Under the pieces are notes generated by a model, which saw only the letters and a program-made list of their open reading frames with translations, had not been told where the DNA came from and did not search any database. A DNA stretch of 64,000 bases from a virus: positions 1 to 64,000 of IMG/VR virus record IMGVR_UViG_3300020196_000021. The stretch is one strand, 5' to 3'. This document shows, piece by piece, positions 28,574 through 38,913 of this stretch. The position numbers and the translations under genes are program-made. Position 1 is the first letter of the stretch. Each line of letters starts with the position of its first letter.

Positions 28574-31500
28574 TTACTGTTCCTCAGATACTAATTCAAC
28601 TTCAACTTCTAACTTTTCAATATCCTTACGTGTGGCTTGTACGAAATAGAACGCTTGCCCACCACCTATGTATATCTTATTATTTTCAATTTTTTCAACC
28701 CATGAATTGTGATTACCAATAGAAGTAAGTTGAACAGTAATTGTATCTTCATCTACAAGAGCAATCCAGTAATCTGGAAGTTCAATTACATCAGTTGCTT
28801 TGCCACGAACATAAACTCCATGCTCTGGTCCTTCTAACGAACCATAAACAAGATCATAGTTTTCTTTAGTTGGGTGTGGAATGCGGAATGACTTAGAAGT
28901 AGCAGCAAATGAACCATTAACTTGTAACTTATAAGTGGTATTAGTATTAGTTCCAATACCTATTTGTAAGTTATTATTGATATATAATGCTTGAGTTGCA
29001 GCAGTAAAGGAATTTGAACTACCTCTTCCAATTGTAAAGTAATCACTAAAGGAACTCCAAATTGTATACCAAGATGAATATGATGTATTTCCTTGAACTA
29101 ATCCAGTATGACTTGCACCAGTTGAGTTTAAGTTGCTTCCCTGCCACATGGTAGCAGCACCATTTGCTCCATGATATGTCATACCAATTTCATTAATTGT
29201 GGTAGTATTACCAGCATAAATCATTTGGATTCTAGATCCATCATGACCTCTATTAATTGTTAATGGAGCACCATTTGGTTGAGTAGTCGTTACAAATAAT
29301 CCACCACCAATTGAATTATTTCTAAAATAACCTTGAGTTGCTGAACTATCCGTATTGAAATATATTGGACTATTATCATTCTGAGCAAATACAGCACCAC
29401 CTGGACTAGAAGTAATATTTAATCTATTACCTATTCCAGTAGATTCGCTAATTCCAAGATCTGATTTGATACGTAAAGGACCCGTTAAAGTACCACCAGA
29501 CAGTGCAAGGTTACCACTTGCAGTACCAGTTAAGTTTGCAGTAATATTATTTGCAGCAAAATTACCAGAAGAATCACGTTGAACTGCTTTGCTATTCGCA
29601 TTAGTATCATAAATTGCACCAGTAAATCCAGAACTGAATGTAATGTTTCCAGCGTGCCATACGTTGTTGCCATTGACTTGAAGTGCAGTGGCAGTACAAT
29701 TTAATGTACCAGTTCCAAGTGTAGATGAACCACCAGAAGCAATTAATCTTACGTCAAAATCGACATTATTGCCAGAGGTATTAAAATCAATATATGCAGA
29801 TGTACTTTCAACAATATTACCAAGTTCTAAGAATGCATTTCCACCTCCATCAGATCCAAGACGTGCCTTACGTCTTGCATAAGTTTCTACTGATGTAATT
29901 CCAAAATCAGTAACTGGATAGTATTCTGCTGGGGCAGTTGCAGTACCAATCTTTTTAATTGTTGTATTTAAGTTACCAGAAATTAATTCAACGGTAAGAA
30001 TTGTCCATGGATTTTCAACCTTTCTTTCATATTCAAATATTGCAGTTCCACCAGTTGCAGTTACTTGACCTGAAATATGAGTTGGGGGTACTGTACCTCC
30101 AGTATAACTACCAGTATTTGCATTAGCAACTCTGTAAATATTATGACCATAAAGAATTCTATCATTTCTATTCAAGTTAGTTAAACCAGAAACCCACTCA
30201 GTATTTTTTTCAACATACTGTTCGCCAGTTAAGTAATTTGCAGGATCTAAATTAATTTTCCTTGCGAGTACTCTAACTGTACCTTCGTTGACATTATTTG
30301 CGGTATACAGATTTAACTGTATACCTGCTGTTCCTGCTTGAGTATCTAATGAATTTATTAATTCTTGAGTTAAGTTATAACCTTCAATGTACACATCATA
30401 ATGACCACCATTATTTGTTTGGAACGCTGGACTTGGAACTACAATTCTAAGTTCCTTATTGATTGAATGTTCGTCTAATTGTAATGGGAGTTTAGTATTA
30501 GATATTGTATTTTCATTGATGTTCAGCGCATTTAAATACCAACGCTTATTCTTGTATTGCAGAAGATCTGCATCTAATCCAGAACCAATACCATCATTTC
30601 CATCATGCCATAATTTTCTCCAAGATGACCAAGTGTTACCTGGAGCAGATCCACTTCCCAAGAATGCAAGAGTTGCAGTTATAACTGCAGGCGTAGTTAT
30701 TTGCCTTGTATTTTGAGTACCAAACTGTTCAAATGGTAAGAAAGCTTGGAAAGTTCCAGTAGCAGTTCCAGTTCTATTGTATCCCCATCCACCATCTTTG
30801 AGGGTTACTGTTGTAATAGTACCACCAGAAACTATAATGTCTGCGGTTAATCCAGAACCTTCTCCACCACCAAGAAGAACGTTTGTATACGTGCCATTTT
30901 TATAACCAGCACCACCAGAAGTAATAGTAAGAGATGATACGTGGTTTGGTCCATTACTTCTAACCCAAATATTTGTATTATCAGTTTGACCTATTTGAGC
31001 AAGTGCTCCACTAGAAAAATCAGTAGAAGAACCTGATCTTCTGAAAGTCATAACACCATGATATAAACCACCATCTGCTAAGAATTGATTTGTATCATAA
31101 CCTTGAGTATTGCTCTTCCAATTAAAGATTACACCTTCTCCAAAGTTTGAAGGTGCAAAGATAGAAGTCCTAGTATCTACAGATTTTAATATTGTTGATG
31201 TTGCAGCATTTTGCTCAATTGAAATATTGTATGTACCAGATAATCTATCTTTTGGCAATACGCCAGAAGATATATTTGCAGCGTTTGTAAAGAAGGAAGA
31301 ATCCCTTGTATCAAGAGTATCTGCATCTAATCCAGAACCTTGACCAGTTTTTAAAGTTGCTCCTCCATTTGCACTGAAATCAAATTGACTCTTAAGAAAT
31401 CTAACTACACCAAGATTACCAAATGGTTCTGCTGCAACAGTTATGCCATCAACTCTATTAATATCAATAACACCATCATTAAATATTTTTGGTGTTGTTG

Positions 31501-34500
31501 CAAGAATTGCTCTTAATGATGCCGCAGAAGAACCATTTGGAGTGCCAATAATAGATGGAATAGGATTAATTGCAAAATCACCAGTAAATCCAACTCCACC
31601 ATCGGTGATACCAATTGTTCTAACTACACCATTAGCGATTATGCAAGTTGCTGTAGCATCAACTCCACCACCACCTTCAAATGTAACTATTGGAGTAAAA
31701 CCAAGTCCAGAACCACCATCAAGTATTCTAATAGAAGTTACAACACCATTAGAAACAATTGCTATCGCCTTAATGCTATTAATTGGTTGTGGAATTGCTT
31801 GATTGTCTTTAAAAATAATAGTTGGAGCGGTTGTATAACCAGTACCACCATTAGTTACAGTTACAGATCTTACTGTTCCATCGCTGATGAAAATAGTTCC
31901 TTTAAGACCTTCAGATCCAGTATTCCCACCAAGTAGTAAAGTATCAGTATAAGTTCCTACTGTGTAACCTGTACCACCATTTAATATTTGAATCTGTTTA
32001 ATATATGAACTTGTTGTATTGTTGGAACCAATTACAATTGGGGAACCATCAGAAATACGAAGAGATGATACTGTAGGAGCAAATCTAGAATCTCCTCTAA
32101 GATAAGTTAATGAGTTAGAAGGATAATTTGCACTAATTGTTGCTAACCTTGCTGGGTTAATAACACCACTTGTAATAAATGAGGCATCAATCGTTGATGA
32201 TGTTAACTGAACCCAGTTGTTGGCATTAGAACCTGATGTATTAATTGCATCAGTCAATGATATTGTAATAGGAGTTGCAGAAAAATCATTAATAGTATCT
32301 ACAACTGCTGTTTTAATATTATTGAGAATATTAATTCCCAATCTTGATCTAACAACACTGGTTAATACTGCTCCATTACCAGTAGCACTACTAATTGTTA
32401 TTGTTCCTGCAGCAGTTGATGGTGCAGTATAATATTTACTACCTCTTGTAATTAAAGTTACTCCAGTAATTTGACCAGAAGTTACAGTAAGAGTAGCTGT
32501 TGCAGCGACTCCGCCAGGAGGAGCACTAAATGTAACAGTATCATTTGAAGTGTATCCAGAACCACCATTATTAATAATAACTTGCCTTACTTGTCCGATA
32601 GTAAATGATGTAACTTGACCTTGACCACCACCAGGAGAAGCTAAAGTTATATTTCCAGTACTAAATGTATGAGATGGATTTGGTACAAACTGAAGTACTT
32701 GACTTTGCAAATCATTATTAAGAATATATGAAATTGTAGTATCTTGTTGAATTGCAATGTCTCCAGCAAGAGGTCCTTCTAATGCAAGACGTGCTGCTGT
32801 ATCTGCAACAGTAAAAATATTAAATGGTCTTAGTGCTGGAAGTTGATCAATATTAATACGACCAGATCCATCTAACTGAACAAGAGCATTTGGTGTTGGA
32901 ACAGTTGAGTATGTTCTACCAATATAGATGCCCAACTGGTTTGAGATGTAATCCTTAACTGCTTTTTGAGTTGGAAGTAATTCATCTTTTGATCCTGGTC
33001 CACCAAGCTCAATAGCACCCAATGTATTATCTGCAGAAAATCCAGTAATAACTACATTATTCCCTTTAATCTTTAAGAATTCAACTTCAGAAATTGTAAC
33101 TGTACCACCGAAGGTAATATTACCAGTTCTGTTTTCTACCTTAGCAAAATATCCAATCTTAAAGTCACCTAGTTCATCAGTACCTGAGGCATACACGCGA
33201 CCATTGTTCTGTGATACTTGTTCAAAATCTCCAGTGTTATCAGAACCTCTCTTACCCCCATTTTGTGGAAGAGCATTATAATTATTACCAGATCCAGAAA
33301 ATTCCCAAGTATGAGAAGAAGAGTTACAAATTGAAGGTCTTAGTAAGTCAATTGGATGATTTATTAATTTAGCTTTGCTGGTTGATGAGATAGTAAACCA
33401 ACCAGGGTTCCTAGTCGTCGTTACTCCACCTCCAGTAGGAATTGGACTTGATATTGAAGGATTATCTAAAATTGCTTTAAGTAATGTATTTAATGTTTCA
33501 ATAGCATTTTGCACATTAGTACAATCTGCAGTACTATACGGACCAGATGAAGAAGTTACATCGTGAATAACTGTGTTATCTACATATGGAATTTCATCTG
33601 TCCAAGATGCTACATGATATCCATTAGTTGTTTGTTGTGAGGTTGGAATTGTGCCTTTTCTCAATAATAAGTTATTGATTGCTTTTTTTGCAAGTGTTCT
33701 TGCCTGATCAAGAACTTCCTTAGTTGCTGCTACATATCCAGAAATATGTTGAATTGCATTACTACTAATATAAAGTTTACCAGCATCCCAAGTTGCATCA
33801 TTAGCATCATTCTTAATATCCTTTGCCCATGCCTTTACAATTTCTTCTACATCACGAATGCACTTATTTCTATTTTGATCATAAGCGTTTGTAGAAGTTA
33901 CTGCTGCTAAGAAATATGCTTCTTCTGCAATATAACGAGCATTCTTTTCAAGGAGAACTGCAGCATCGGTAAATCTGTTGTAGTTGCCACGTACAACCAT
34001 TGATGAGTTTGCTTGTACAATTGCAGTAACTGGAGCAACTGGAGTTGCACTAATCGTATCATTAATAAAGAATAATGGATTTTGACCTGACTGTATCTCT
34101 AATTCAAACCCACCTGGCTTAATAATATAGTGCTCAAGTGGAGCAGTTCCTAATTGTTCAATTTGGAATTTAGGAGTTCCAATATCTGTAAAGGTAATAT
34201 TTTTAATAATACCTTTATCAAATTCGTATGCTTCTTCTCTTATACCAGATGCTCTTAATGAAAAAGTACCAAAATTAGATGCTGAGTTTGTCAGTGATGC
34301 ATATCCACCAGATTCAACAATTGCCCCATCTTGAGTGAAGATACAGAAGACAGAAACCAACTGCGTGTAACCATCGTTAAAGACCCTGTAACCCACTCCA
34401 CCGAAGGAGATGATGGTGAATGCTGCAGCAACCATTGACTTGCCTTGTGGGGGCAAATTGGGTCTTCTGACGTTAGGTGTAGCAACTTTACTACCATCAA

Positions 34501-37500
34501 TCTCTGCTCCACTGCCACCAAGGAATGAGATTACAGAAGAATTGAAAATATATGGAGATACTTCAATGATTGGAAGATCATCCCAAGAATGACCAACATT
34601 AAAGAATTTATTATTGCTATCTAAGTAATGTGATGTTGCGTATGAAGTTGCTGGAAGTGTTCTGTTATTGATTCTATCAATAACAATATTCCATAAAGTA
34701 TAGATTGAGTTTGCTACATCATCACAAGCAAAGAATCTATTTGCATCATAAGTATTTGAGATTGTCTCGTCTTGATATGCAGTTATGTTTATTGACGCAT
34801 CAAATTCATTACCAACTCCAGTTAATACAATCTCACTACTACTAGTTCCAAGAACTACCCCTACATTATAATTAAATCCAATTGTAAGTGGATCAGTTCC
34901 TACACTTTGAAGTGCAATTTGCCAAGTGATTCCTCGATCTTCAGAAACTAATATTTTACCTACATTGCTAATTGTTGTTGCAGCCCAAAAACGATTGCCA
35001 TCATGTACAATATTCCTTAATGGTCCATTAATAATTCCTGTTGGATTGGTTCTAGTTGCATGATTTAAATTATCATTTGTAACTGCAGTAGTTACAATTG
35101 CAGTTAATGTATCGATTGATGTAGCAACATTTGCACATGCAGTTGCTGGATTTGAACCATCAAGTGAAATATCTGGTTTGAAGAATTGAGTTTGACCTAA
35201 GAAATTAGATCTTAATCCAGAAGTATATGAACTATTTGTCAAATAACTAGCAGTAATAGCAATATTACGCATAGCATTTTTAGCAAGATTTCTTGCTTCA
35301 TTGATAATGGCAACTGTTTGTGCCTCTTCTCCATCTACATGAGTAGTTCCAACATAGTAAGAAGCAGCATCATATACTTTACTATTACCACCATGACGTA
35401 AGTTATATGCTATTGCTTCTAAAACATCTACAACATCATCAATACAGTTTTGATTTCCTGTTGGGATTGTAAATGAATTTTCTGTTACATAATTAAATAC
35501 TGCTTGTGCGGCAATTAATTTTTTATTCTTTAAAATTAAATCAGCAGCATCTTGATATCTATCTGATTCTACGTTTGTTGTTGCTGAATTTGTTTCCCAA
35601 GTCAATCCACCATCATCACTTAATAATAAGGTTCCACTAGACAAGCCACCAACAACAGTTCTACCTTCAGTCCAACTAATTGAAATTAATCTATCTGAAG
35701 TGCCACTTTCTTGTGAAGTCCATGTTATACCATCTGTAGATACAATAATCTTGCCTTCATCGCCAATAGCAATAAATCTATCATAATCATCATTATAAAT
35801 GATATCACTTAAAGAAGAACTAGTTCCACTTGTTCTGGTAATCCAACTAGTAGCATTTTGTGATGTTAAAACTAATCCACCATCACCAACTATAACATAG
35901 GTAGTTCCATTGTATGCAATTGCCTTTAATTGAGTGCTTCCAACAGTTTTGGTAACCCATGATGTGCCATTATTTGAAATTAGTATTTTACCAGCAGCAC
36001 CAACTGCAATGTATTCTGGTACTCCTCTTTCTCCTACTGCCCACTTGTTCCATACAATATCATTTAATGGTTCTGTAGTACCAGAAGTTTGTGCATCCCA
36101 CTGTAAACCGTTTGAAGATGTATGAATTGCACCGTTTGATCCAACTGCTACAAATTTTTGATTGTCCCAAATAATCTTGCTATATGTTCCAGTATAACCA
36201 GATGGACGAGTTATTGCAGCAGTTGAACTATAATCAACGTACTGTAATTGATTACGCATTGCCTGAATAGACAGGTCTCTTGCTTGCTCAAATGCGTAAG
36301 TAGTTTCTTTAAGTTGATTCTCAATATGATCTAATGTACCACCAGTATAGTAATATTCTGCTGCTTCTTTAGTTGCAGCATTGCCACCCCAAGTTAAGTC
36401 ATAATTGATTGCACTGATAATGTGCTTAACATCAGTTTGGCATTGAGTTTCATCAGGAACAACTAATGCTGGATATTCTACCTTTGCTCTTCTTAATGCT
36501 TCTGCCGCAATACCATTCTTATTTCTATCAATAAGATCTGTAGCATCTAAGTACCTGTTTGATGCTTTTATTGATTCTTCAAATTTACGTGGTGAGTTAT
36601 CAAGAGAGAATACTACATAATGATCCGATGAAGTGACTGTAACTGCAAATGATGTGACATTATAAACTCCACTAGGAGCGCCCAATGCTGATAAGTTTGT
36701 TGGAGTATCTTTGAATACTACAAACTGTTTACTAAAACCATCTTCTGTTTCAATTCTGTGTGAAATATATTGACGACCATTGAAACGATTAAGATCTGCA
36801 AATGCTCCTGTATTTGGGAAATTGGCAAAGTCAACATATTGCCCAACTTCATAATCATGATAAACAGGAAGAGTAACAATTAAACCATCTGGATAGTTAA
36901 TTGGATCATAGGTTACCGAAGTTACACCATATGAAGCATGAGTAGTTACATGCTTAACTACTTGAGCATCAGGAGTTAACTGTTCACCATTACTTACTGA
37001 AAGATTATATGTTACTACTGGAGTGTTTGCTTGGTAAGTATATACTCCTCCAGTGGATTCAATAAGACCTGTAATATTATTAACTACTACATAACCACTT
37101 TGATCTGTATTTAAATTAAATACAACTTCTTTTACTGTTCCAGTACCACCTAATGGAGAATTTAAAACTTTTCCAACAGTTAAAAGTGAACCACCACCAT
37201 TAGAAGTAAAGGTTAATTTCCATTCTTGTTCTGCTGATATTTTATGACCAAGTTGAAAAGTTCTTCCATATTGACCACCTAATGTTTTTGGATAATAGAA
37301 TCTTTGTTTATCATCAAATACATAGGCATATCCCCAAGTTTTAATAGCAGTATTATTGTTATCAACTTGATCGCGGAATGTAATACCCGTCACATAATTT
37401 TCATTGGAAGCTTTAAACATATGCTTCCCTGGATTTTGTGGTCTAATAATACACAGACGAATATTATCACCAACAACTGAACAGAGATCAGGCAGAGAAA

Positions 37501-38101
37501 TTGGATTATCTTCTAAATAATCTCCACCTGCAACAATAATAGTTTCTTTATCTCCAGTTGATGCTGCTAACTGAGTTGCTCTTTTAATAGATCTGACTGG
37601 TTTAGTTGCAGAGCGACCGTCAAATGTATCGTTACCAATTTGAGCAGAAACATAGATACGACCACCAACGTCATTGGTTGCAATGTTATAAACAAAGTTT
37701 GTGGTAGCAATTTTATTGCTATCATCATTAAATGCTGGAGTTGCAGAACGAGGGAAGAGAATTTGACCAGTATTTGGATCAGTAAATGTATTAAGAACAG
37801 GAGCTTTTAAATTTAAACTTGGATTGACAATAGTATCAATATCAAGGTTTGCAATACGTGCAGTATCAGAAATAATAGATGTGGTTGTTCTAATTTGACC
37901 TTCTACATCTAATTCGTATTCTGGATCTAATGTATTAATGCCAACACGAACAAGTTTGTCTGCATTGTTTGATAATTTACCGAAAATGGCAACTTTTTCG
38001 TCAGCGCCCTGTCCAAGATCAACTCTTACACTAGTATCATTTTTAATTGAAAGGGTATTTGACTTGATGATCTGCTTGTCAGCATTAAATTCTAAAGCCA
38101 T
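28574..38101 (-). CDS. Giant modular tail fibre/spike protein (3175 aa)
   Basis: Split beta-helix (GRIYVS...GND...IKRA; SPYIFNSS), Asp-box propeller, three Cys-bearing helical repeats, GxGY repeats, GLDAD motifs and a C-terminal SKSFRIPHP...LEGPE...LPDYW domain. A late promoter lies at 38128-38134. Confidence 0.85.
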   Translation of the reverse strand: MALEFNADKQIIKSNTLSIKNDTSVRVDLGQGADEKVAIFGKLSNNADKLVRVGINTLDPEYELDVEGQIRTTTSIISDTARIANLDIDTIVNPSLNLKAPVLNTFTDPNTGQILFPRSATPAFNDDSNKIATTNFVYNIATNDVGGRIYVSAQIGNDTFDGRSATKPVRSIKRATQLAASTGDKETIIVAGGDYLEDNPISLPDLCSVVGDNIRLCIIRPQNPGKHMFKASNENYVTGITFRDQVDNNNTAIKTWGYAYVFDDKQRFYYPKTLGGQYGRTFQLGHKISAEQEWKLTFTSNGGGSLLTVGKVLNSPLGGTGTVKEVVFNLNTDQSGYVVVNNITGLIESTGGVYTYQANTPVVTYNLSVSNGEQLTPDAQVVKHVTTHASYGVTSVTYDPINYPDGLIVTLPVYHDYEVGQYVDFANFPNTGAFADLNRFNGRQYISHRIETEDGFSKQFVVFKDTPTNLSALGAPSGVYNVTSFAVTVTSSDHYVVFSLDNSPRKFEESIKASNRYLDATDLIDRNKNGIAAEALRRAKVEYPALVVPDETQCQTDVKHIISAINYDLTWGGNAATKEAAEYYYTGGTLDHIENQLKETTYAFEQARDLSIQAMRNQLQYVDYSSTAAITRPSGYTGTYSKIIWDNQKFVAVGSNGAIHTSSNGLQWDAQTSGTTEPLNDIVWNKWAVGERGVPEYIAVGAAGKILISNNGTSWVTKTVGSTQLKAIAYNGTTYVIVGDGGLVLTSQNATSWITRTSGTSSSLSDIIYNDDYDRFIAIGDEGKIIVSTDGITWTSQESGTSDRLISISWTEGRTVVGGLSSGTLLLSDDGGLTWETNSATTNVESDRYQDAADLILKNKKLIAAQAVFNYVTENSFTIPTGNQNCIDDVVDVLEAIAYNLRHGGNSKVYDAASYYVGTTHVDGEEAQTVAIINEARNLAKNAMRNIAITASYLTNSSYTSGLRSNFLGQTQFFKPDISLDGSNPATACANVATSIDTLTAIVTTAVTNDNLNHATRTNPTGIINGPLRNIVHDGNRFWAATTISNVGKILVSEDRGITWQIALQSVGTDPLTIGFNYNVGVVLGTSSSEIVLTGVGNEFDASINITAYQDETISNTYDANRFFACDDVANSIYTLWNIVIDRINNRTLPATSYATSHYLDSNNKFFNVGHSWDDLPIIEVSPYIFNSSVISFLGGSGAEIDGSKVATPNVRRPNLPPQGKSMVAAAFTIISFGGVGYRVFNDGYTQLVSVFCIFTQDGAIVESGGYASLTNSASNFGTFSLRASGIREEAYEFDKGIIKNITFTDIGTPKFQIEQLGTAPLEHYIIKPGGFELEIQSGQNPLFFINDTISATPVAPVTAIVQANSSMVVRGNYNRFTDAAVLLEKNARYIAEEAYFLAAVTSTNAYDQNRNKCIRDVEEIVKAWAKDIKNDANDATWDAGKLYISSNAIQHISGYVAATKEVLDQARTLAKKAINNLLLRKGTIPTSQQTTNGYHVASWTDEIPYVDNTVIHDVTSSSGPYSTADCTNVQNAIETLNTLLKAILDNPSISSPIPTGGGVTTTRNPGWFTISSTSKAKLINHPIDLLRPSICNSSSHTWEFSGSGNNYNALPQNGGKRGSDNTGDFEQVSQNNGRVYASGTDELGDFKIGYFAKVENRTGNITFGGTVTISEVEFLKIKGNNVVITGFSADNTLGAIELGGPGSKDELLPTQKAVKDYISNQLGIYIGRTYSTVPTPNALVQLDGSGRINIDQLPALRPFNIFTVADTAARLALEGPLAGDIAIQQDTTISYILNNDLQSQVLQFVPNPSHTFSTGNITLASPGGGQGQVTSFTIGQVRQVIINNGGSGYTSNDTVTFSAPPGGVAATATLTVTSGQITGVTLITRGSKYYTAPSTAAGTITISSATGNGAVLTSVVRSRLGINILNNIKTAVVDTINDFSATPITISLTDAINTSGSNANNWVQLTSSTIDASFITSGVINPARLATISANYPSNSLTYLRGDSRFAPTVSSLRISDGSPIVIGSNNTTSSYIKQIQILNGGTGYTVGTYTDTLLLGGNTGSEGLKGTIFISDGTVRSVTVTNGGTGYTTAPTIIFKDNQAIPQPINSIKAIAIVSNGVVTSIRILDGGSGLGFTPIVTFEGGGGVDATATCIIANGVVRTIGITDGGVGFTGDFAINPIPSIIGTPNGSSAASLRAILATTPKIFNDGVIDINRVDGITVAAEPFGNLGVVRFLKSQFDFSANGGATLKTGQGSGLDADTLDTRDSSFFTNAANISSGVLPKDRLSGTYNISIEQNAATSTILKSVDTRTSIFAPSNFGEGVIFNWKSNTQGYDTNQFLADGGLYHGVMTFRRSGSSTDFSSGALAQIGQTDNTNIWVRSNGPNHVSSLTITSGGAGYKNGTYTNVLLGGGEGSGLTADIIVSGGTITTVTLKDGGWGYNRTGTATGTFQAFLPFEQFGTQNTRQITTPAVITATLAFLGSGSAPGNTWSSWRKLWHDGNDGIGSGLDADLLQYKNKRWYLNALNINENTISNTKLPLQLDEHSINKELRIVVPSPAFQTNNGGHYDVYIEGYNLTQELINSLDTQAGTAGIQLNLYTANNVNEGTVRVLARKINLDPANYLTGEQYVEKNTEWVSGLTNLNRNDRILYGHNIYRVANANTGSYTGGTVPPTHISGQVTATGGTAIFEYERKVENPWTILTVELISGNLNTTIKKIGTATAPAEYYPVTDFGITSVETYARRKARLGSDGGGNAFLELGNIVESTSAYIDFNTSGNNVDFDVRLIASGGSSTLGTGTLNCTATALQVNGNNVWHAGNITFSSGFTGAIYDTNANSKAVQRDSSGNFAANNITANLTGTASGNLALSGGTLTGPLRIKSDLGISESTGIGNRLNITSSPGGAVFAQNDNSPIYFNTDSSATQGYFRNNSIGGGLFVTTTQPNGAPLTINRGHDGSRIQMIYAGNTTTINEIGMTYHGANGAATMWQGSNLNSTGASHTGLVQGNTSYSSWYTIWSSFSDYFTIGRGSSNSFTAATQALYINNNLQIGIGTNTNTTYKLQVNGSFAATSKSFRIPHPTKENYDLVYGSLEGPEHGVYVRGKATDVIELPDYWIALVDEDTITVQLTSIGNHNSWVEKIENNKIYIGGGQAFYFVQATRKDIEKLEVEVELVSEEQ

Positions 38102-38138
38102 TTGCTCCTATGGTCTCCTCGTTATTTTATTTATCTTA

Positions 38139-38909
38139 TTAATAATTACGTTCTGTATATAATATCTCTACCTTACCACTCCATCTAATCCCACTACCTC
38201 TCAACTCTAAATTACTATTTGTTGCTACTGATGGTGTAAATGTAAGTGTTTTTGTAGTATTATTTGCTACTGGTACAACTGACCAAGTTTGACCTGGAGG
38301 GATATTATCTTTAACAATAGTATTTAAATTTGAAGATATTGTTAAATTATTAGAAGAATCACTTAAAATAGAAGATTCTATTTTAATAGCATATTCCCAA
38401 TTTAATGAGTATGATGATACTTCTAATTCCTGCTGTAAAACTGGATTGTTTATATTGAGTGGAGTTGCAGTAGTAAATGTAAATGTATTTTTATTAGTTA
38501 CAATTACATTATAATTATTATTAAATGAAGTATATGGTGCTTTAAAAATAACAGAAATTAAATTACCTGTTGATAATCCATGATTTGCTAAAGTACAAGT
38601 TACTGTTGTACTATTTGCATTTGCATTATATACTGCTATTGGATAACCTTTCCATGTTCCTAAAAGGTAACCAGTTAAAAATATAATTCGATTTGATTCA
38701 ACTTCATGAGTTGGAATCATTTCTAATGATGTAGTTGCATTATTAAGTAATCCATGAACTACGTATTCTTTTTTAAAAGTTTTACTATTTGAATTATCTA
38801 AAATTTTTACAGTATGAGCATCAATAATATTTCTATTTTCATCAATAATGGTTGCTTCTTTTACAGAAAATCCACCTTCTGATTGTAACGATTTTAAGAT
38901 TTTTGCCAT
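38139..38909 (-). CDS. Hypothetical structural protein
   Basis: 256 aa with SEGGFSV and a HGLSTG...FTF small beta module. Confidence 0.7.
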   Translation of the reverse strand: MAKILKSLQSEGGFSVKEATIIDENRNIIDAHTVKILDNSNSKTFKKEYVVHGLLNNATTSLEMIPTHEVESNRIIFLTGYLLGTWKGYPIAVYNANANSTTVTCTLANHGLSTGNLISVIFKAPYTSFNNNYNVIVTNKNTFTFTTATPLNINNPVLQQELEVSSYSLNWEYAIKIESSILSDSSNNLTISSNLNTIVKDNIPPGQTWSVVPVANNTTKTLTFTPSVATNSNLELRGSGIRWSGKVEILYTERNY

Positions 38910-38913
38910 GGAG

